The position numbers and the translations under genes were made by a program. 51,984 bases of DNA from an uncultured Candidatus Saccharibacteria bacterium (GTDB taxonomy: Bacteria; Patescibacteriota; Minisyncoccia; 2-02-FULL-40-12; GWA2-44-9): positions 1 to 51,984 of the forward strand of contig CAYIUL010000001.1 of NCBI GenBank assembly GCA_964366725.1, in the 5' to 3' direction. The notes below the pieces were generated by a model that saw nothing but the letters and a program-made list of their open reading frames with translations, did not search any database and had not been told where the DNA came from. Shown in pieces: positions 44,340-51,383 of this stretch. The stretch's first letter is position 1; each line of letters begins with the position of its first letter.

Positions 44340-44655
44340 ATCAGAGCTTGGGAAGGGAAACTTGTTGGGGAGCCGGTTGCTGTCCCTCAACCCAGCTGTT
44401 CTGGCCGACATCGTGTCGGCTAAAATTAATAAGAATCGGCTCCACGCGTTCTTTTCAAGATTCGGGACAGATAAGCGGGCGCCGCCAGAAGGCTGCGTAT
44501 CACGTAAGCTGTCCTCCCGAAACCTGGCCAGGAAGAACATAGCGGCGACGCCTACACAGGTTCGCGGCATTTATTCCTGCAATTTAAAAAAACTGCCGGA
44601 TAGCATACCAGGGTGTGACTCCGGCACGCGTCTTCCTTCGAGAAGGCGTTTTCTT
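44340..44655 (+). ncRNA. candidate structured ncRNA of unknown class (~315 nt)
   Basis: Bounded by the promoter above and the terminator at 44627-44660. No credible ORF. Several helices seen: 44369-75/44447-53, 44404-10/44414-20, 44464-70/44509-16, 44594-600/44620-26. GC is higher than the flanks. Confidence 0.5.
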
Positions 44656-44660
44656 TTTCT
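44627..44660 (+). terminator. intrinsic terminator
   Basis: CGTCTTC-cttcga-GAAGGCG (7 bp including one G.U) followed by TTTTCTTTTTCTT. Confidence 0.7.
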
Positions 44661-44786
44661 TAAATTCAAAGGTCAGAATTCATATAATACTTTCTATATT
44701 TTCCGCTTACTTATGATATTTCATAGTATCATAAGTTAAACAACTAAAACCTCTGCTTTTACATCGCGCTCTTCCACTTCAAGCAG

Positions 44787-46634
44787 TTAGTCCTTGGGTT
44801 CTTCTTTGGGTTCTTCCTGCGGAGGCGGTGTCTGTTGTTTGTATAATTCTCCGCCGACTCTTTGCGCAACTTTGGACAGTTCTTCGGTAGCTTTTTTTAT
44901 TTCCTCAACACTCTCCGATTTCAAGTTTGTTTTAACCGCTTCGGCTTTCTCGTTTAATTCTTTTTGGTCCTCTTCTTTTATTTTAGCATCGTTTTCCTTA
45001 ACCATCTTCTCCGAAGTGTAGACGAGTGTTTCGCCAAGATTCCTGGTTTCGGCCAGTTCCTTTCTTTTTGCGTCCTCGGCGGCGTGTTTTTCCGCATCAG
45101 CGGTCATCCTCTTTTTTTCGTCCTCCGAAAGGCCGGATGAACCCTCTATTTTTATGGACTGCTCTTTTCCGGTGGCCTTGTCTTTGGCTTTTACGTGTAA
45201 GATGCCGTTGGCGTCTATGTCAAAGCTCACTTCAACTTGAGGAACGCCTCGCGGAGCCGGAGGAATGCCATCAAGAATGAATCTCCCCAGTGTTTTATTG
45301 TCATGAGCCATCGCCCTCTCTCCCTGAAGAACGTGTATCTCAACCGAGGGCTGATTGTCTGCCGCCGTTGAGAATATCTGCGTTTTAGAAACCGGCACGG
45401 TGGTGTTCTTCTCTATCATCTTTGTGGATACCTGGCCAAGCGTCTCGATACCGAGAGACAAGGGCGTGACATCCAAAAGCAGAACATCTCTTATCTCGCC
45501 CTGCATAATTCCCCCCTGGACAGCCGCTCCCAAAGCAACGACTTCGTCGGGGTTGATATCCTTGTGCGGGTCTTTGCCGAAAAGTTTCTTAACTTCTTCT
45601 ACGATAAGCGGCATTCTGGTCTGTCCGCCAACCAGTATCACCTCGTTAATATCGCCGGTTTTGAATCCGGATTCGTTCAAGGTCTTTTTGGTAAGTTCTA
45701 TGGAGTGCGTGACGAGGTCTCCTACCAATTCTTCGAGTTTTGCCCGAGTAAAGGCCATGCTGAAATGCTTCGGCCCGGAAGCGTCCGCGGTCAGGAATGG
45801 GATGTTTACTTCGGTCTGAAGAGTACTTGAAAGCTCATGCTTGGCTTTTTCCGCGGCGTCTTTAAGCCGCTGGACGGCCAGCTGGTCTTTGGACACGTCA
45901 ACCCCCTGGTCTTTTTTAAACTCGCCTATCAAATAATTGATTACCCTTTGATCCAGATCGTCTCCCCCGAGATGCGTGTCGCCGCCGGTTGATTTGACCT
46001 CGATTGTGTCGTCGCCTATCTCGAGCACAGAAATGTCGAATGTGCCTCCGCCAAAGTCATAGACCACTACTTTTTCATCTTTTTTCTTATTTAATCCGTA
46101 AGCCAAAGCCGCGGCAGTCGGCTCGTTTATAACGCGCTTAACGGTCAGTCCCGCTATCTCTCCGGCGTCTTTGGTCGCTTTTCTTTGAGAGTCGTCAAAA
46201 TACGCCGGAACAGTGATAATGGCTTCGGTAATTTTTTCGCCCAAGCGGTCTTCGGCATCAGCCTTAAGCTTCTGCAGTATCATTGCCGATACTTCTTCGG
46301 GCTTATGCCATTTGTCGCCTATCTTTACTTCCACTCCGCCGTTGGAGGCCTCTCTTATCTCATAAGGAAGAAGCTTCTTGTCCCTTTGGACCTCTTCGTC
46401 CTTAAAACGGCGCCCGATGAGACGCTTAACGGAAAAGATGGTATTGGCCGGGTTGGTAACCGCCTGGCGCTTGGCAGTCACGCCCACATACCTTTCCCCG
46501 CTCTTGCCCATAGCGACTACCGAGGGGGTAGTCCTCATCCCCTCTTTGTTCTCTATTATCCTCGGCTGGCCAACCTCAACCACCGCCATTGCGCTGTTAG
46601 TTGTCCCTAAATCGATTCCTAATATTTTTGCCAT
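44787..46634 (-). CDS. dnaK: molecular chaperone DnaK (Hsp70)
   Basis: 615 aa. Motifs: [28 protein letters not shown]. Confidence 0.98.
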   Translation of the reverse strand: MAKILGIDLGTTNSAMAVVEVGQPRIIENKEGMRTTPSVVAMGKSGERYVGVTAKRQAVTNPANTIFSVKRLIGRRFKDEEVQRDKKLLPYEIREASNGGVEVKIGDKWHKPEEVSAMILQKLKADAEDRLGEKITEAIITVPAYFDDSQRKATKDAGEIAGLTVKRVINEPTAAALAYGLNKKKDEKVVVYDFGGGTFDISVLEIGDDTIEVKSTGGDTHLGGDDLDQRVINYLIGEFKKDQGVDVSKDQLAVQRLKDAAEKAKHELSSTLQTEVNIPFLTADASGPKHFSMAFTRAKLEELVGDLVTHSIELTKKTLNESGFKTGDINEVILVGGQTRMPLIVEEVKKLFGKDPHKDINPDEVVALGAAVQGGIMQGEIRDVLLLDVTPLSLGIETLGQVSTKMIEKNTTVPVSKTQIFSTAADNQPSVEIHVLQGERAMAHDNKTLGRFILDGIPPAPRGVPQVEVSFDIDANGILHVKAKDKATGKEQSIKIEGSSGLSEDEKKRMTADAEKHAAEDAKRKELAETRNLGETLVYTSEKMVKENDAKIKEEDQKELNEKAEAVKTNLKSESVEEIKKATEELSKVAQRVGGELYKQQTPPPQEEPKEEPKD

Positions 46635-46653
46635 ATTATTTTTATTTAATTAG

Positions 46654-47145
46654 TTATTTTATTATTTTTACTCTTGCCGGACGGATAACCTTGCCGTGCA
46701 TCGTGTATCCCGCCCGTACTTCTTCTGTTTTATCACCGCTTTCTCCTTCCACCGCTTCCCCCGACGCTTCGGTCGGGGCCCCGACTTCTGACGTCGGGGA
46801 TGACTCTATTGCTTCATGAAGATTTGGGTCGAATGCGCCTTCTGTGCTTATCCTTTCGATGTTGTGTTTTTTCAAGAACTCTTCGAATTTCTTAACCACC
46901 TGGTCCAGCCCCGGATTTCCTATTTCTTTTGACGCTTTTTCCAAATCGTCCACTAATTCGATTACCTCCAGCACGACCCTCTCATTGGCGAACTTGGCGA
47001 ATTCCGACAACCTCTTCACTTCATCTTTCTTATAATTTATGAAATCAGCCCTCTCCCTCTTCCAGTTATCCAGGTATTCCTGGGCCTGGACTTTCGCTTT
47101 TTCCAATTCGGTTTCGATGTTCTTGTCTTCTTTTTGTTCGTCCAT
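46654..47145 (-). CDS. grpE: nucleotide exchange factor GrpE (with C-terminal insertion)
   Basis: 163 aa. Motifs: RERADFINYKKD, FDPNLHEAIE, GYTMHGKVIRPARVKI. Confidence 0.92.
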   Translation of the reverse strand: MDEQKEDKNIETELEKAKVQAQEYLDNWKRERADFINYKKDEVKRLSEFAKFANERVVLEVIELVDDLEKASKEIGNPGLDQVVKKFEEFLKKHNIERISTEGAFDPNLHEAIESSPTSEVGAPTEASGEAVEGESGDKTEEVRAGYTMHGKVIRPARVKIIK

Positions 47146-47146
47146 A

Positions 47147-47896
47147 TTAATAAAGTTTATTTAATTCCTCGGTTATGTATTTGATCAGGGAGATATTTTT
47201 CTCGTAATCCATTCTGGTCGGTCCCACAAGCGTCAGTGAACCGATACAATCCCCCGGAAGACCGTACTTGGCGCACATAATGGTTTCGTGTTGGATCTGC
47301 CTGAAAGGACTTTCTTTACCTATCATTATCTGAACCGGCACTCCCCGGGGCGCGCCCAGCGTGTTGAAGAATTCCCGCTCAATGAACTGGAACATTCCCT
47401 CAAACTCTTCGAAGAAACTGGCCAGTTGAAATACTTTACCGACTTCTCTGAACTCCGGATGTTCAAATAAGCCGGCCAGTCCTTTTTTAAAAAAGTCCTC
47501 ATCTGTGGAGATTCCCGTAATCACTAAATTGTCCGAAAGATCCGATAATACCCTGGCCACGATCTTATTGATTTCTCTCGGGTCTGAGGGCGTGCCATGT
47601 ATCGCCCGCTTAATTTTGTTTTTATACTCCGCTCCTAAATCTAAATTGGCCTCACGCTCCAACAGCGAATTTACAAAATATCTGTATGTTTTGTCCGTCG
47701 GCACCCTCCCGCCGGAGGTGTGGAGTTGTCTTAAATAACCGGCCTGCTCCAAATCGAACATTTCGTTCCTTATTGTGGCCGAACTTAAATGTAAATGACC
47801 CTTATCCGCTGCAAGAACCGACCCGACCGGTTTTGCGGTTCTAATATACTCTCTAACCACGAAATCAAGCAATTTTTCCTGTCTTTTGCTTATCAT
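47147..47896 (-). CDS. hrcA: heat-inducible transcription repressor HrcA (short)
   Basis: 249 aa. Winged-helix N-terminus PVGSVLAA ... SSATIRNEM ... LEQAGYL. Heads hrcA-grpE-dnaK and has a CIRCE element upstream. Confidence 0.88.
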   Translation of the reverse strand: MISKRQEKLLDFVVREYIRTAKPVGSVLAADKGHLHLSSATIRNEMFDLEQAGYLRQLHTSGGRVPTDKTYRYFVNSLLEREANLDLGAEYKNKIKRAIHGTPSDPREINKIVARVLSDLSDNLVITGISTDEDFFKKGLAGLFEHPEFREVGKVFQLASFFEEFEGMFQFIEREFFNTLGAPRGVPVQIMIGKESPFRQIQHETIMCAKYGLPGDCIGSLTLVGPTRMDYEKNISLIKYITEELNKLY

Positions 47897-47934
47897 GTGT
47901 TCTATAAATATCTAATATATCCAATTACACCTAT

Positions 47935-47962
47935 AGTATATTCCCCATTAGCACTCTGTCAA
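47935..47962 (-). promoter_or_regulatory. hrcA promoter overlapped by CIRCE
   Basis: On the minus strand: TTGACA (inside the CIRCE centre), 16 nt, TATACT. Confidence 0.65.
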
Positions 47963-47980
47963 GAGAGTGCTAATGGGGAA
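47941..47980. promoter_or_regulatory. CIRCE operator (HrcA binding site)
   Basis: TTCCCCATTAGCACTCT-gtcaag-AGAGTGCTAATGGGGAA. It contains TTAGCACTC-N8-GAGTGCTAA; the consensus spacer is N9. Confidence 0.85.
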
Positions 47981-48051
47981 TAAAGACGAATAAAAAAGTC
48001 CAATCTTAAGAACTTCGCATATCCATTAGGAAAAATTTTGCGTTATCCACA

Positions 48052-48079
48052 TTGACTAAATTTGTTTTGGATATAAAAT
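48052..48079 (+). promoter_or_regulatory. sigma70-like promoter for the downstream ncRNA candidate
   Basis: TTGACT (48052-48057), 16 nt, TAAAAT (48074-48079). Confidence 0.5.
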
Positions 48080-48085
48080 ATCTCT

Positions 48086-48409
48086 GTGGCTCTGATAATG
48101 GAGCCCTAAAATCTATATGTTCATTCTTATAGAAAAACTTAGGGCTCCGCTCTCTGGAGTAAGTGAGCGGTAAGAAACGTGATTACTGAAACTAAGCGTG
48201 AATTGTCGTGAATGAACCAAGACAATTAGCGGAGCCCGGCCTGCGCAAGTAGGGTCAGAGGATAGACAGTGTTGAGGGGGATGAATTAGTAACGGAGTAA
48301 TGACTCGATTACTAAAGTGTCCGGGCGTTTCAGTGCCTGGAAGAAAGTCCTCTCTGGAGTAAGTTTATCCTTGGGAAGGGACCGGATTCATTATCCGGTC
48401 TTTTCTTTT
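48086..48409 (+). ncRNA. candidate structured ncRNA or leader of unknown class (~320 nt) upstream of the RM pair
   Basis: 570-nt gene-free gap. 10-bp hairpin 48100-09/48139-48. GCAA-tetraloop hairpin 48240-53. Competing pairings among GGAGCCC, GGGCTCCGC and GCGGAGCCC. Strong terminator at the 3' end. No ORF. Confidence 0.5.
48380..48409 (+). terminator. intrinsic terminator
   Basis: GACCGGAT-tcatt-ATCCGGTC followed by TTTTCTTTT. Confidence 0.75.
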
Positions 48410-48464
48410 AAGTCCGACTGCACTTGGAATAAATATATAAAAACTATAAACTATATATGACACT

Positions 48465-49331
48465 ATGAATCTCCAGAGTATAGAAAAAATAAACCTTTTC
48501 AGCCAAAAAGATAAAATAAGAGCCGATATAATACTCGGCGACTGCTTTGAAGCGCTAAAGAAAATAGATGATAACAGCGTTGATTTAATAATTACTTCTC
48601 CCCCTTACGCCGACCAAAGAAAAAGCACTTATGGCGGTATTCACCCTGATAAATATGTGGACTGGTTTTTGCCTATAACCGGCGAACTTCTCCGAGTTCT
48701 TAAGCCCACCGGAACTTTTGTTTTAAATATTAAAGAAAAGGTCTCGGAGGGTGAGCGGCATACCTATGTAATGGAATTAATAACGGCAATGAGGAAGCAG
48801 GGCTGGCTTTGGACGGAAGAATTTATATGGCACAAAAAGAATTGCTACCCCGGTAAGTGGCCTAACCGATTTCGCGATGCGTGGGAACGTCTGCTACAAT
48901 TTAATAAGCAGAAGGATTTTAACATGTATCAAGAAGAAGTTATGGTGCCTATGGGCGACTGGGCCAAAACCCGCTTGAAAAATCTTAGTGAGACAGATAA
49001 ACGTAGAGACAATTCAAGAGTAGGCAGCGGTTTTGGGAAAAACATATCCAAATGGGTAGGCAGAGATATGGCCTATCCTTCCAATGTATTGAGTATGGCC
49101 ACCGAAACATCGAATAAACAGCACAGCGCCGTTTTCCCAAGAGAACTGCCGAGCTGGTTTATCAAACTTTTCACGAAAACGGGCGATGTGGTTCTTGACC
49201 CCTTTCTCGGTTCAGGCACCACATCAATCGCCGCGCTCGAGCTTGATCGCAACTCAATCGGTATTGAAATTAAAGAAGAATATTATCAGTTGGCAATTAA
49301 AAATATTAACGAACAAACCAAACTAATATGA
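48465..49331 (+). CDS. beta-class DNA methyltransferase (N4-cytosine or N6-adenine)
   Basis: 288 aa. Motif IV IITSPPYAD lies N-terminal and motif I VLDPFLGSGTT lies C-terminal, which is the beta-class order. SPPY favours m4C. Confidence 0.88.
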   Translation: MNLQSIEKINLFSQKDKIRADIILGDCFEALKKIDDNSVDLIITSPPYADQRKSTYGGIHPDKYVDWFLPITGELLRVLKPTGTFVLNIKEKVSEGERHTYVMELITAMRKQGWLWTEEFIWHKKNCYPGKWPNRFRDAWERLLQFNKQKDFNMYQEEVMVPMGDWAKTRLKNLSETDKRRDNSRVGSGFGKNISKWVGRDMAYPSNVLSMATETSNKQHSAVFPRELPSWFIKLFTKTGDVVLDPFLGSGTTSIAALELDRNSIGIEIKEEYYQLAIKNINEQTKLI

Positions 49332-50089
49332 ATAAATTAAATTATGAAAAACTAAATGAATTTATATCCTCGGATATTATAGGGCCTTTTTATCATATTC
49401 GTTTGGAAAGATTAGAATCCGCCAGTTTGGCCATTATAGCTAAGAGAAAAAATCCTTATTTATTTAAGGCCAAAAACATAGAAACCGCAGGCGATCTTGC
49501 GAAGGCGGTTCTTGACGCTTTTCTCTCCTCGCAAGAAGAAACAATTTTTGGCGACTTAATGGAAAATCTTGCGATTCATGTGTGTCATGAGATTTTTGAC
49601 GGCAATAAAGCAGAAGAGGGAAAATATCGTAGCGTTGATCTTATTTTTACGCGAGATAACAAACTATATATCGTAGGCATAAAGTCCGGTCCAAATTGGG
49701 GCAATAGCGACCAAATAAATATCATGAAAAAGAACTTTAAGGCCGCAAAAAAACTTATTCGGGCAGCGCAAGAAGATACTAAGACCATCGTCGCCGTGAA
49801 CGGTTGTATGTATGGCAGGGACAATAAACCTCACAAAGTAAGCAAAGACCCCGACTTAAGCTACTACAAAATATGCGGGCAAGCATTTTGGGAGTTAGTA
49901 TCTGGAGACGACCAGCTCTATAAAAAGATTATTCAACCACTCGACAAAGAGGCCAAAAAGAGAGATGAGACCTTTAAAAAGTTGTATGTGAAAAAGATTA
50001 ACGAAATGACTAAAGACATAGTTAATTTATTTTATGTCAAAGATAACCTGGACTGGGAAAAAATTATTGATTACGTCTCAAAAAGTTAA
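49328..50089 (+). CDS. putative type II restriction endonuclease partner
   Basis: 253 aa. ATGA overlap with the methyltransferase stop. KRKNPYLFKAKN and VDLIF ... IVGIKSGPNWGN (D...xK) recall Eco47II/TdeIII-type REases from memory; this was not verified. Confidence 0.55.
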   Translation: MNKLNYEKLNEFISSDIIGPFYHIRLERLESASLAIIAKRKNPYLFKAKNIETAGDLAKAVLDAFLSSQEETIFGDLMENLAIHVCHEIFDGNKAEEGKYRSVDLIFTRDNKLYIVGIKSGPNWGNSDQINIMKKNFKAAKKLIRAAQEDTKTIVAVNGCMYGRDNKPHKVSKDPDLSYYKICGQAFWELVSGDDQLYKKIIQPLDKEAKKRDETFKKLYVKKINEMTKDIVNLFYVKDNLDWEKIIDYVSKS

Positions 50090-50122
50090 ACAAAGTAAAA
50101 TAAAACGCCTTGTTTATATTTA

Positions 50123-51382
50123 ATGTCTAATAAACTAAAAAAATTCTGGAAGTCGCTCGGGCCCGGTTTGATAACCGGCGCGTCGGATAATGAGCCGTCG
50201 GCAATTGCCACCTACTCCATCGCCGGAGCCAAGTTCGGGTTGGGCATGCTTTGGGCCTCGCTTTTTTCTCTGCCGTTAATGATCGCGGTCCAGGAAATGA
50301 GCGCCCGCATCGGCCGGGTCTCGAATTTGGGTCTGGCCGGCAATATGAAAAAACACTACCCGAAATGGGTAATGGTCTTCATATCGTCTTTGATCGTTGG
50401 CATTAACACCATCAATATAGGCGCCGATATGGCCGGCATGGCCCAGGCAATGACCCTTATCGCCCCCTTCCCGGAGAAGTTAACCGCTGTCGTAATGACC
50501 TTTGTCATTTTGCTCGTTGTCGTTGCGTTGCCGTATCAAAAAATATTTATGATATTCAAGTGGCTGTCCGTTGCCCTTGCGACATATATCCTGACCGTTT
50601 TCACCATTCACCAGGATTGGCTTCAAATTTTTTACCATGCCGTAGTCCCCAATCTCCAGTTCAACAAAGAATTCTTCGTGGTGTTGGTGGCATTCTTCGG
50701 CACCACGCTTTCGCCTTATCTTTACTTCTGGCAGGCCAGTCAGGAAGTCGAAGAAAAAACGCTGGAACAGTGCAAACCGGGCAGGGTCTGCCGCCTGAAA
50801 CCCGCCACAGAACAGGAACTTGAAGACCTTAAAATAGACACCCGCGTGGGTATGGGTTTCTCTAATATCATCACCTTCTTTATCATTATCTTAACCGCGT
50901 CCACTCTTTTCCGGGCCGGTTTTAATCACATTGAGACGCTCCAAGACGCCGCCCTGGCCCTCAAGCCGTTGGCCGGTGATTACGCTTATCTTCTTTTCTC
51001 CGTCGGCATCATCGGCGCCGGGTTTTTAGCCATTCCTGTTTTGGCCGGTTCGGCCGCCTATGTCGTGGCCGAGGTCTTCGGCTGGTCGGAAGGCCTCAAC
51101 CGGAGCTTTACTAAAGCAAAAGAATTTTACGGCATCGTTATTGCTTCCACCGTCATCGGCCTTTTTATACCCCTCTTCGGTTTTCACCCTGTTAGAGCCC
51201 TGTTTTACACTTCCCTTCTCTATGGCATCATATCGCCGTTTCTGATATTAATGGTCCTTCATATGGCCAACAATAAAAAGATAATGGGCGAACACACCAA
51301 CGGGCCCTGGCTTAACTTTTTCGGCCATATCGCTTTGTGGGTCATGGCCGCTTGCGCAATTTTGATATTCTTTATTTTATAA
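50123..51382 (+). CDS. NRAMP-family divalent metal transporter
   Basis: 419 aa, about 11 TM helices. GPGLITGASDNEPSAIATYSIAGAKFG N-terminal signature. Confidence 0.85.
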   Translation: MSNKLKKFWKSLGPGLITGASDNEPSAIATYSIAGAKFGLGMLWASLFSLPLMIAVQEMSARIGRVSNLGLAGNMKKHYPKWVMVFISSLIVGINTINIGADMAGMAQAMTLIAPFPEKLTAVVMTFVILLVVVALPYQKIFMIFKWLSVALATYILTVFTIHQDWLQIFYHAVVPNLQFNKEFFVVLVAFFGTTLSPYLYFWQASQEVEEKTLEQCKPGRVCRLKPATEQELEDLKIDTRVGMGFSNIITFFIIILTASTLFRAGFNHIETLQDAALALKPLAGDYAYLLFSVGIIGAGFLAIPVLAGSAAYVVAEVFGWSEGLNRSFTKAKEFYGIVIASTVIGLFIPLFGFHPVRALFYTSLLYGIISPFLILMVLHMANNKKIMGEHTNGPWLNFFGHIALWVMAACAILIFFIL

Positions 51383-51383
51383 C

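Noticed and set aside
44332-44739. 135-aa plus-strand ORF, plus possible SRP, tmRNA or RNase P identity for the dnaK-dnaJ spacer.
   Set aside because: The ORF reads through the terminator, has odd composition and has no Shine-Dalgarno site. No GGAA-tetraloop SRP helix 8, no tRNA-like 3' end (GGTTCGAATCC ... CCA) and no GGAAAGTCC element are present.
48150-48364. A possible CRISPR-like array.
   Set aside because: There are only two 15-nt repeats, with a 185-nt interval. No cas genes are present and the repeats are not palindromic. This does not have CRISPR architecture.
48086-48409. RNase P RNA assignment, prompted by GGAAGAAAGTCC, GCGGTAAGA and a GCAA hairpin resembling E. coli P12.
   Set aside because: The motifs are in the wrong 5'-to-3' order. 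No complementary P4 3' strand (xxGGCUUA-like) or ACAGAA element was found, and the minus strand shows nothing RNase-P-like. It is kept only as an unclassified ncRNA candidate.
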